64,000 nucleotides of DNA. It comes from Longimicrobiales bacterium (GTDB lineage Bacteria > Gemmatimonadota > Gemmatimonadetes > Longimicrobiales > Gaopeijiaceae). The stretch is taken from assembly GCA_965202985.1 (NCBI GenBank), contig CBDBCF010000002.1, forward strand, positions 512,001 to 576,000, written 5' to 3'. This document shows, one piece after another, positions 39,942-48,288 of the stretch (position 1 is its first letter; each line of letters starts with the position of its first letter). The notes under the pieces were generated by a model. It searched no databases. It saw nothing but the letters and a program-made list of their open reading frames with translations, and was not told the origin of the DNA. The position numbers and the translations under genes were made by a program.

Positions 39942-39995
39942 GGTTCGGCGCAGGCGCAGGGTTCGGCGCAGGCGCAGGGTCCGGCGCAGAGGCAG
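39942..39995 (+). repeat. Intergenic 18-bp tandem repeat x3 (GGTTCGGCGCAGGCGCAG)
   Basis: Two identical copies at 39942-39977 and one degenerate copy at 39978-39995. Confidence 0.85.
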
Positions 39996-40059
39996 GGCGC
40001 GGGTCGTTCCTGTTATCTTGGATTTCGGGCACAATGTCCAGGACCGACCGGAGGACCGC

Positions 40060-40296
40060 ATGATCGCAAGCTTGTTGACCTTTCTGGCCGTAGGGCTCGT
40101 CAGCCTCGTCGCCGTTTGGATCGTCCTCTCGGTGGTGGGCGGCCTTCTGGGGCTCACCATTGGACTCGCCGGCTTCCTGATCTTCAAGGTGGCCCCGCTC
40201 ATGCTCCTGGGCTGGGCCGTCCTCAAGCTCGTCTCCAAGATTCGCGGAGGCGGCGCGCTCACTTCGGCGGACCGTCGCTGGCTGCGGGGCGACTAA
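40060..40296 (+). CDS. Small membrane protein
   Basis: GGAGG RBS; two hydrophobic helices; ends LTSADRRWLRGD. Confidence 0.75.
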   Translation: MIASLLTFLAVGLVSLVAVWIVLSVVGGLLGLTIGLAGFLIFKVAPLMLLGWAVLKLVSKIRGGGALTSADRRWLRGD

Positions 40297-40308
40297 GCCA
40301 AAACCTGG

Positions 40309-41472
40309 TCAGCGCCGGGGCGACAAAGCGCCGAGAGCCTCCAACATGCGGTCGCCGATCGTTCGCAACGCGGCGCCGGCGGGCGACTCGGGGGCGGACA
40401 CCACGGTGGGCCGGCCGTCGTCTCCGGCCTGTCGCACGGCCAAGTCCAGGGGTACGCTGCCCAGGAAGGGGACCGACAGCTCCCGAGCCAGGGCCTCTCC
40501 CCCGCCCCGCCCGAACAGGTCCACCACGTCTTCCGACCCCGGCAGCCGAAAGCCGGCCATGTTCTCGACGACGCCCAGCACGCGCGTGTTGACGCGCTCG
40601 AACATCTTGATGCCTCGGCGCACGTCGCCCGTCGCCACCTTCTGGGGCGTGGTGACCATCACGGCGCCGTCCAGCTCGACGGTCTGAACCAGCGACAGCT
40701 GGGCGTCTCCCGTGCCCGGCGGCATGTCGACCACCATCAAGTCCAAGCTGTTCCACGCCACCTGCTCCACGAACTGCTTGAGGACGCCGGCGATGAGCGG
40801 GCCGCGCATGATCGCCGGCTGATCGGGGTCCAGCAGAAAGCCCAAGCTCATCAGGCGGACGCCGTGAGACCGCAGAGGCTCGATCATCTCGGACCCCTTG
40901 TCGCCCGACACGCTCGGCCGACGGTCCTCGCCGAACATGACGGGGATGTTGGGCCCATAGATGTCGGCGTCCATCAGACCGACGGCCAAGCCTCGCGCGG
41001 CAGCATGGGCAGCCAAGTTCGACGCCACCATGGACTTGCCCACTCCTCCCTTGCCCGAACTCACGGCCACGATGCGCTCGACGCCGGCCAGCACGCCCGG
41101 CTTGGGCACGGGCGCCGGAACCGAGCCGGGACGCAACCCCTGCGTCGGGGGCGTTGCCGTCGGCGCTCCGCCACTCCGGCCGTCGGGACTTCCCCCTGCC
41201 CCCGGCACGCGCCCGGCAGGCCCCGTGCGCGGCAAGCGGACGTCCACCTTGACCGCGCTCACTCCGTCCACGCCCTCGGCGGCCGCCTTGGCCTGCCGCA
41301 CCAGCGCCCCGGGGTCGCCCCGCCGCAGCAAGAAGGAGAAGCGCGCCTGCCCGCCGGCCTCCACCGACAGGTCCTCGATCTGCCCCGCCGCGACCACGTC
41401 TCGACCCGTCGCCGGGTTGACCACGTCGGCAAGGGCGCGGGTCACCGCGGCGGCGAGCCCGCTTTCGCTCAT
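40309..41472 (-). CDS. mrp: Mrp/ApbC (NBP35) Fe-S carrier ATPase
   Basis: SGKGGVGKS, DADIYGP, DMPPGTGD, GVVENM. Confidence 0.93.
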   Translation of the reverse strand: MSESGLAAAVTRALADVVNPATGRDVVAAGQIEDLSVEAGGQARFSFLLRRGDPGALVRQAKAAAEGVDGVSAVKVDVRLPRTGPAGRVPGAGGSPDGRSGGAPTATPPTQGLRPGSVPAPVPKPGVLAGVERIVAVSSGKGGVGKSMVASNLAAHAAARGLAVGLMDADIYGPNIPVMFGEDRRPSVSGDKGSEMIEPLRSHGVRLMSLGFLLDPDQPAIMRGPLIAGVLKQFVEQVAWNSLDLMVVDMPPGTGDAQLSLVQTVELDGAVMVTTPQKVATGDVRRGIKMFERVNTRVLGVVENMAGFRLPGSEDVVDLFGRGGGEALARELSVPFLGSVPLDLAVRQAGDDGRPTVVSAPESPAGAALRTIGDRMLEALGALSPRR

Positions 41473-41482
41473 CGTCCCGGGG

Positions 41483-41713
41483 TCAGACGGCCTCGACGGT
41501 CAGCTCGTCGGACACCTCCGCCCGGAGCTTCCGTTCGATCCCGTCCTTCAGGGTCATCATCGATATGGGACACGACTCGCACGCCCCCATCAGACGGACC
41601 TCCACCTTCCCCGACTCCTTGCTCCACCCCACCAGTTCCACGTCTCCGCCGTCGGACCGAATGGCTGGGCGAATGGATTCCAGCACCGCTTGGATCCGAT
41701 CGATGGTCCTCAT
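41483..41713 (-). CDS. NifU-C/Nfu-type Fe-S carrier
   Basis: IRPAIRSDGGDVEL, GACESCP, TLKDGIE. Confidence 0.9.
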   Translation of the reverse strand: MRTIDRIQAVLESIRPAIRSDGGDVELVGWSKESGKVEVRLMGACESCPISMMTLKDGIERKLRAEVSDELTVEAV

Positions 41714-41959
41714 TCTCCGTCCGGCCGGGGGCGTGCACGGTTCCGACCGGCCTGCGTGTCCGGCCGCTGCGCATCGGCCCAAAGCTACCGACCGCCGTCC
41801 CCAGGCGTCAACCCGCCGGCTCGGCGCTCCATCGACCCTGCGCCGGTCGAGCGGATCCCGCGGCTTTCGTGTTGCGCGGAGGTCGGTTCCTGCCCCACAT
41901 TCTCGGGCCGAACGACGTTGCTTCGCCCTTGTCCACGCCCCCTGCGACCGATACCGCCC

Positions 41960-43588
41960 ATGTCCGGAACGATCCGTGTTCCCGCTCCCGCCAACGAGCC
42001 CGTCCACTCGTACGCGCCCGGCACCGCGCCCCGGTCGGCGCTCAAGTCCGCCCTGTCCCGAATCGCATCCGAGGAGACGGACATCCCGGCGATCATCGGA
42101 GGCAAGGAGGTCCGCACCGGCAGGACGCACTCCGTCTACGCCCCGCACGACCACGGGTTGCGCTTGGGGATCTGGCACGAAGCCGGGGCGGCCGAAGCCA
42201 AGCAGGCGATCGACGGCAGCCGCGACGCGCGGCGGGAGTGGGCGTCGTGGCCCTGGGAGGACCGCGCCGCCGTCTTTCTGAAGGCCGCCGACCTGCTGGC
42301 CGGCTCGTGGCGCCCCGTGCTCAACGCCGCCACGATGCTGGGCCAGAGCAAGACGGCGTTCCAGGCCGAGATCGACGCGGCCTGCGAGCTGGTGGACTTC
42401 TACAGGTGGGGCGCCCACTTCGCCGAGCAGATCTTCGACCATCAGCCCGGCTCGGCGCGGGGGGAGTGGAACCGCTTGGAGTACAGGCCTCTGGAGGGGA
42501 TCGTCTACGCGGTCAGCCCCTTCAACTTCACCGCCATCGGAGGCAACTTGGCCGGCGTGCCCGCCCTCATGGGCTGCGGCGTGTTGTGGAAGCCCTCCAA
42601 GCACGCCGTCCTGTCGGGCTACTACACCTACCGGCTCCTGGAAGAGGCGGGGCTGCCGCCGGGCGTGATCAACTTCGTTCCGGGCGACCCCGCCGAGATC
42701 ACCAAGGCCGTCTTGCGGCACCCCGAGTTCGCGGGGCTCCACTTCACCGGTTCGACCGAGGTCTTCCAGTCGCTGTGGGGCACGGTCGGCCGGAGGATCG
42801 CCTCGTACCGCTCCTATCCGCGGCTCGTCGGCGAGACCGGAGGCAAGGACTTCATCGTGGCCCATGCTTCGGCGGACCCGGACGTGCTCCGAACGGCGAT
42901 CGTGCGCGGCGCCTTCGAGTACCAAGGGCAGAAGTGCTCGGCGGCGTCCCGCGCGTACGTTCCCGAGTCGTTGTGGAAGGTGCTGCGCGACCCCTTGGCC
43001 GACGAGACCAACGGCCTGGCGATGGGCGACCCCCGCGACTTCCGCAACTTCGTCAACGCCGTGATCGACGGAGGCGCCTTTCGCAAGATCACGGGCTACA
43101 TCGAGCGGGTCGGCGAAGGCTCGGGCGCGGACGTCTTGGCCGGCGGCACGTTCTCGGACGCCGACGGCTGGTTCGTGCGCCCGACCGTGGTGCGCGTCGA
43201 CGACCCCGCCCACGAGACGATGTGCGACGAGATCTTCGGCCCCGTGATCGCCGTCTACGTCTACCCCGACAAGGCGTGGAAGGAGACGCTGGACTTGGTG
43301 GACTCCACGTCGCCCTACGCCTTGACCGGCGCCGTGCTGGCCCAGGACCGGAAGGCCGTTCGCCAAGCCCTGGATCGGCTGCGGTACGCCGCCGGCAACT
43401 TCTACGTGAACGACAAGCCCACCGGCGCCGTTGTCGGCCAGCAGCCGTTCGGCGGCAGCCGCGCCTCGGGCACCAACGACAAGGCCGGCTCGATCTTCAA
43501 CATGCTCCGCTGGGTGACGCCCCGGACGATCAAGGAGAACTTCTCGCCGCCGAAGACCTCGTCCTACCCGTTCATGGCGGAGGAGTAG
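41960..43588 (+). CDS. pruA: L-glutamate gamma-semialdehyde (P5C) dehydrogenase
   Basis: NEP, QAEIDAACE, PFNFTAI, FTGST, GETGGK, FEYQGQKCSA, QPFGGSRASGTNDKAG. Confidence 0.95.
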   Translation: MSGTIRVPAPANEPVHSYAPGTAPRSALKSALSRIASEETDIPAIIGGKEVRTGRTHSVYAPHDHGLRLGIWHEAGAAEAKQAIDGSRDARREWASWPWEDRAAVFLKAADLLAGSWRPVLNAATMLGQSKTAFQAEIDAACELVDFYRWGAHFAEQIFDHQPGSARGEWNRLEYRPLEGIVYAVSPFNFTAIGGNLAGVPALMGCGVLWKPSKHAVLSGYYTYRLLEEAGLPPGVINFVPGDPAEITKAVLRHPEFAGLHFTGSTEVFQSLWGTVGRRIASYRSYPRLVGETGGKDFIVAHASADPDVLRTAIVRGAFEYQGQKCSAASRAYVPESLWKVLRDPLADETNGLAMGDPRDFRNFVNAVIDGGAFRKITGYIERVGEGSGADVLAGGTFSDADGWFVRPTVVRVDDPAHETMCDEIFGPVIAVYVYPDKAWKETLDLVDSTSPYALTGAVLAQDRKAVRQALDRLRYAAGNFYVNDKPTGAVVGQQPFGGSRASGTNDKAGSIFNMLRWVTPRTIKENFSPPKTSSYPFMAEE

Positions 43589-44757
43589 CGACCCGCAGAC
43601 GCAGCCGCCGCGGCCAGCGCTTGGTCGAAGTCGGCCTTCAAGTCCTCCACGTCTTCCAGGCCGACCGAGATGCGGACGAAGCCGTCGGGGATGCCCAGAC
43701 CGTTCCGCTCGTTCGGGGGGAGGTCCACGTGCGAGGTGTAGCGGGGTTGCGACACCAGCGTCTCCACGCCGCCCAGGGAGGGCGCGGGCACGGCCAGCCG
43801 CAGGGCGGCGCAGAATCGGTCCGCTGCCGGGCCGCCTCCTTCAAGCACGACCGACAGCATGCCGCCGAAGCCGTCCAGCATGGCCGCGGCCCGTTCGTGG
43901 TCGGGGTGTTCGGGCAGGCCCGGGTGGATCGCCTGGGCCACGCCGGGAGCGTCCGAGAACCACTGGGCCAGCGCCAGGGCCGACCGGTTGTGGCGTTCCA
44001 TGCGGGCGGTCAGCGTGCGAAGTCCCCGGTCCAGCAGCCAAGCCGCCTGCGGGTCGATCGAGGGGCCGTAGAGCTTCATCATCTTGGCCACGCCCGCGAC
44101 CAGCTCGCGGCTGCCCGCCACGGCGCCGGCGATCAGGTCCGAGTGGCCGCCCAGGTACTTGGTGGCGGAATGGACGACGGCGTCCACTCCGTGTTCGGCC
44201 GCGCGAAGGTTGGCCGGAGTGGCGAAGGTGACGTCCGCCGCCAGGACGGCGCCGGCGGCGTCGGCGGCCGCGCGGGCCGCGGCCAGGTCGAAGACGCGGA
44301 GGGTGGGGTTCGTGGGCAGCTCCGCGAACACCACCCGCGTGCCGGGGGCGAGCGCGTCACGCCAGGCGGCGGGGTCGGCCGGATCCACGAAGGTGGTGCG
44401 GATGCCGCGTCGGGGAAGCTCGCGCGCGAGCAGGTCGTAGGTGGCGCCGTACAGGTGGCGGCTGGCAACGACGTGGTCGCCGGACTCCGCCAGAGACAAG
44501 ATCGTCATGGCCGTGGCCGCCATGCCGCTGGCCAGTACCAGGGCCGACTCCGTGCCCTCCATGGCGGCGAGCTTTTCGGCAACGGAGATCTGGACCGGGT
44601 TGTTGCCGTAGCGGCTGTAGCGAAGCTCGACGCCGTCCTGGGGGCCGGACCAGCGGAACGTCGCGCTCCGAGCGATCGACGGAACCACCGGGTCGCCCGG
44701 GCGGGCCGCTCCGTGGCCGGCGTGGATCGCGTGCGTGGCCGTTCGCCGCTCGTTCAC
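43564..44757 (-). CDS. Second trans-sulfuration PLP enzyme (methionine gamma-lyase/cystathionine lyase-like)
   Basis: YSRYGNNP, ASGMAA, ELPTNP, HSATKYLGGHSD, SLGGVETL, RISVGLE. Confidence 0.9.
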   Translation of the reverse strand: MNERRTATHAIHAGHGAARPGDPVVPSIARSATFRWSGPQDGVELRYSRYGNNPVQISVAEKLAAMEGTESALVLASGMAATAMTILSLAESGDHVVASRHLYGATYDLLARELPRRGIRTTFVDPADPAAWRDALAPGTRVVFAELPTNPTLRVFDLAAARAAADAAGAVLAADVTFATPANLRAAEHGVDAVVHSATKYLGGHSDLIAGAVAGSRELVAGVAKMMKLYGPSIDPQAAWLLDRGLRTLTARMERHNRSALALAQWFSDAPGVAQAIHPGLPEHPDHERAAAMLDGFGGMLSVVLEGGGPAADRFCAALRLAVPAPSLGGVETLVSQPRYTSHVDLPPNERNGLGIPDGFVRISVGLEDVEDLKADFDQALAAAAASAGRYSSAMNG

Positions 44758-45347
44758 CGACACAGCTTCGTCGCGGCGCTCAGCGCCCAGAACTCTCCGC
44801 CTTCGCCGACGTAGGCCAAGCGCCGGTCCGCCAGACGTTGCAGGGCGCGCGCCTCTTCTCGGTCCAGTCCCGCTCCCGCCCCGGGGTCGATGCAACCGCA
44901 CCGCTCGAGGTTCGCCCAGGCGTCCCCTTCGGCCTGCTCGACATCTCCCAGCAGCTCGAAGCGCCGATCGCCCACGTCGCACGCGGCCGCAAGCCGGTGT
45001 CGGCGCAGCACCTCCTCCACGGCGTGACGGTGAAGGTTCTCCACGGCCCGAAAGAGGAAGAACACGTTCCCGGGCCGATCGGGGCCCAAGTAGCGCAGCA
45101 CCAGCTTCGCGACGACCTCGTCGGCGCAGCTGAAGTCCAAGATGCGAACCCCGCGAAGGTCCAAGAGCGACACCAACGCGGGGCGCGGATCCGCCAGACG
45201 CTCCTCGATGGCTGCCCGCACCGCTCGCCCCGTGGGTCGGGTCACCAAGTCCGGCCGCATCGACGCCACCGCGGCCCGGGCCACTGCGTACACGTCGATG
45301 CTCACCGGGCGGAGCCCGTCGCCCGCGGTGCGGGTGCGTTCGGTCAC
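44754..45347 (-). CDS. STAS-like domain protein with probable C-terminal winged helix
   Basis: LVTRPTGRAVR, LDLRGVRILDFSCADEVVAKL; C-terminal LQRLADRRLAYV helix-wing pattern. Confidence 0.6.
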   Translation of the reverse strand: MTERTRTAGDGLRPVSIDVYAVARAAVASMRPDLVTRPTGRAVRAAIEERLADPRPALVSLLDLRGVRILDFSCADEVVAKLVLRYLGPDRPGNVFFLFRAVENLHRHAVEEVLRRHRLAAACDVGDRRFELLGDVEQAEGDAWANLERCGCIDPGAGAGLDREEARALQRLADRRLAYVGEGGEFWALSAATKLCR

Positions 45348-46234
45348 GGTTCGGCTCGGTCGGGGATGACGATGTTGACGTGGGCGCCCGGGAAGGGCGT
45401 CAGCCGCTCTTCCATCGGCGGCGTCCGACCCCATTCCGGGGCGTGGGCGATGCGCGCGGTCCCGCTTCGAATGGAAAAAAGGCCTTTCCATCCTTTGACT
45501 CGCTGCCGGATCTGCTGGATCCCCTGACCTCGGCCCGTGTCGGGGAAGCGCGTCTCCCCGTTAAACGCGGCATCGAGCGCGGTTGCGTCGCCCCATCGGT
45601 CGGCGAAGCGGGACGCATGGCGCTCGGCCAGGGAGGCCTGGAAGCCTCGGCCCAAGTCCGAGACCGCGAGCACCACCGCGGCGCGCGGAAGCCCAGGCAT
45701 GCGCTTGTAGGCCTGGGCCGCCACCCAGCCCGACCCCTCTGCGTGCTCGACGATGTTCTGGCAAACCTCGGACAGGATGACCGAGAACCAGAACAGCGCC
45801 GACTTGGGGTAGCGCAACCGTTCGGAGAGAACAATTTCCGCCTGCGACTGGACCTCGTCGACCGCCTTGTGCACGTCCGAGTTGGTGGTGATGGGCGTGA
45901 TCTCCAGCAACGTGTCGGTGGGCCGGCGCGTCCGACGCGGCGACCACGGAAACGGCGAATCGAAGACCTCCGACGCGGCCCGGAAGAAGCCGGCCGCACC
46001 CAGGTAGCTGGTGACCTGCTGGCCCTTCTGGCCCTCGGGCAGGGTCAGCTTGGACGCCACGCCGCTCCGGTCGCGCGCCACCTTGCCGGCGGCCAGGAGC
46101 GCCACCATCCCCGTAGGGTGAACCCACCCCACCCGGCGCGCGTCGAAGAGCAGCGGTTCGCCGGCCGCCACGGCCCGATACAGCACCTCGACGTCGCGGT
46201 AGCCCAGGGACGGCGGCAGCTGCAGTACGCGCAC
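45344..46234 (-). CDS. STAS-like + GHKL (HATPase_c) ATP-binding protein
   Basis: N box SEVCQNIVEHA, G1 box SDLGRG, G2 box GRGQGI, SIRSG, FPGAHV. No HisKA or receiver domain recognised. Confidence 0.75.
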   Translation of the reverse strand: MRVLQLPPSLGYRDVEVLYRAVAAGEPLLFDARRVGWVHPTGMVALLAAGKVARDRSGVASKLTLPEGQKGQQVTSYLGAAGFFRAASEVFDSPFPWSPRRTRRPTDTLLEITPITTNSDVHKAVDEVQSQAEIVLSERLRYPKSALFWFSVILSEVCQNIVEHAEGSGWVAAQAYKRMPGLPRAAVVLAVSDLGRGFQASLAERHASRFADRWGDATALDAAFNGETRFPDTGRGQGIQQIRQRVKGWKGLFSIRSGTARIAHAPEWGRTPPMEERLTPFPGAHVNIVIPDRAEP

Positions 46235-46329
46235 GTCAGGCGGCGGACTGCGGAAACGGGGGGACGGCGGTCGTCGGCTTCACTGCCCCTGAAGGTAACG
46301 GCGAAGGCGGCGGGTTCGTCCCCGCCCGA

Positions 46330-48138
46330 TCACGACCGGTCGTCGCCCAGCTGGAGCACGGCCATGAACGCTTCCTGGGGGATCTCGACGGACCCGACCT
46401 GCTTCATGCGCCGCTTCCCTTCCCTTTGGCGCTCCAGAAGCTTCCGCTTTCGGGTAATGTCGCCCCCGTAGCACTTGGCGGTCACGTTCTTGCGCAGCGC
46501 CTTGACGGTCTCTCTTGCGATGACCTGGTTCCCGATCGCGGCCTGGAGCGCCACCTCGAACTGCTGGCGGGGGATCAGCTCCCGCAGCTTGCGCACCAGC
46601 GCCCGTCCGTGGCGGTAGGCGTTGTCGCGGTGCAGGATCACCGAGAACGCGTCCACGGGCTCGCGGTTTACCATGACGTCTAGCTTGACCAAGTCGCCGG
46701 CGCGATACTCTAGGAACTCGTAGTCCAGGGCCGCGTAGCCCCGCGTGCTTCCCTTGAGCCGGTCGTAGAAGTCCAGGACGATCTCGGCCAGCGGCAGCTC
46801 GAACTCCATCTCGACGCGGCGCGGGTCCAGGTAGCTCATGCCCTTGAAGACGCCGCGCCGGTCGTGGCAGAGCCGCTGCACCGCGCCGATGTACTCCGAC
46901 GGCACCACGATGCGGGCGCTCACGACGGGTTCGGCCACGGACGCGATCTGCGCGCGGTCCGGCAAGGTGGTCGGGTTCTCCACGACCTGCTCGGCTCCGT
47001 CCAGCATGGCGACCCGGTACTTCACGTTTGGCACGGTGGAGACCAGCTTGACGCCGAACTCCCGGTCCAGCCGTTCCTGCACGATCTCCAGGTGGAGGAG
47101 CCCCAGGAAGCCGCAACGGAAGCCAAACCCCAGCGCACGCGAGGTCTCGGGTTCGAAGTGGAGGGCGGCGTCGTTGAGCTTCAGGCGGTGAAGGGCGTCG
47201 CGAAGCTCCTCGTAGCCGTCCGAGTCGCTGGGATACAGCCCGGCGAACACCATGGGCCGGGCCTCCTGGTAGCCGGGCAGCAGCTCGGGCGAGGGGTTCC
47301 CCGCATCCAGGATCGTGTCGCCCACGCGGGTGTCGGAGACGGCCTTGATCGCCGCCACCAAGTAGCCGACTTCCCCGGGGCCCAGTCCGTCCGCCGGGAA
47401 GCGCTCCAGGCGCAGGTGACCCACCTCCGTGACTTCGTACTGGGCCTCCACCGCCCCGAAGGCGATCGTCGTGCCGGCCCGCACGACGCCGTCAAAGACG
47501 CGGATCGTGGGCACCGCTCCCAAGTACTGGTCGTAGTGGGAATCGAAGACGAGGGCGCGCAACGGCGCCTCGAGATCGCCCGCGGGCGGGGGCACCCGCT
47601 CCACGACGGCCTTCAGCACGGCGTCGATCCCCACGCCGTCCTTGGCGCTGGCTTCCAGGACCGACCCCGGCTCCACGCCCATGAGCTCGGCCACCTCCGC
47701 GCGCCGGCGCTCCGGCTCCGCCCCGGGCAAGTCGATCTTGTTCAGCACGGGAACGATCTCCAAGCCGGCTTCCAGCGCCAGGAACAGGTTCGACAGCGTC
47801 TGGGCTTGAACGCCCTGGGTCGCGTCCACGACCAGGATCGCCCCCTCGCACGCCGCCAGCGACCGGGAGACTTCGTAGGTGAAGTCCACGTGGCCGGGCG
47901 TGTCGATCAAGTTCAGGTCGTATTCGCGGCCGTCGTCGGCCGAGTACGACATGCGGACGGCGTGCAGCTTGATCGTGATCCCGCGCTCGCGCTCGAGCTC
48001 GTTGGAGTCGAGGACCTGATCCCGCATCTGCCTGCGGTCCACCGCGCCCGTCGCCTCGAGCAGCCGATCGGCAAGCGTGGACTTGCCGTGGTCGATGTGG
48101 GCGATGATGCAGAAGTTGCGAATGCGGTCTGGGCGCAC
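46330..48138 (-). CDS. lepA: Translation elongation factor 4
   Basis: [50 protein letters not shown]. Confidence 0.98.
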   Translation of the reverse strand: MRPDRIRNFCIIAHIDHGKSTLADRLLEATGAVDRRQMRDQVLDSNELERERGITIKLHAVRMSYSADDGREYDLNLIDTPGHVDFTYEVSRSLAACEGAILVVDATQGVQAQTLSNLFLALEAGLEIVPVLNKIDLPGAEPERRRAEVAELMGVEPGSVLEASAKDGVGIDAVLKAVVERVPPPAGDLEAPLRALVFDSHYDQYLGAVPTIRVFDGVVRAGTTIAFGAVEAQYEVTEVGHLRLERFPADGLGPGEVGYLVAAIKAVSDTRVGDTILDAGNPSPELLPGYQEARPMVFAGLYPSDSDGYEELRDALHRLKLNDAALHFEPETSRALGFGFRCGFLGLLHLEIVQERLDREFGVKLVSTVPNVKYRVAMLDGAEQVVENPTTLPDRAQIASVAEPVVSARIVVPSEYIGAVQRLCHDRRGVFKGMSYLDPRRVEMEFELPLAEIVLDFYDRLKGSTRGYAALDYEFLEYRAGDLVKLDVMVNREPVDAFSVILHRDNAYRHGRALVRKLRELIPRQQFEVALQAAIGNQVIARETVKALRKNVTAKCYGGDITRKRKLLERQREGKRRMKQVGSVEIPQEAFMAVLQLGDDRS

Positions 48139-48187
48139 GGAGCCGATGTCGTTGGTGGCGCGGGAAGGCAGGGCTTGCGCCCGTTGG

Positions 48188-48204
48188 CATTGTTGACAAG
48201 AATG
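48188..48204. promoter_or_regulatory. TTGACA -35-like hexamer within an imperfect palindrome (TTGTTGACAA)
   Basis: In the AT-richer divergent lepA/TBDR gap. No clean -10 at canonical spacing. Confidence 0.35.
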
Positions 48205-48288
48205 TACTCTACTCTACCCCAATGCCGGCGACTCTTTCTCCCACCCATCCCGCGAGCGAGAGCCCCGCAGATACTGAGGATGATCCCC

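Noticed and set aside
39942..39995. CRISPR array
   Set aside because: Contiguous 18-bp units with no spacers and no cas genes.
46864..48288. N-terminal extension of the TBDR (1548-aa ORF)
   Set aside because: Antisense to lepA. The RBS and signal peptide place the start at about 48280-48289.
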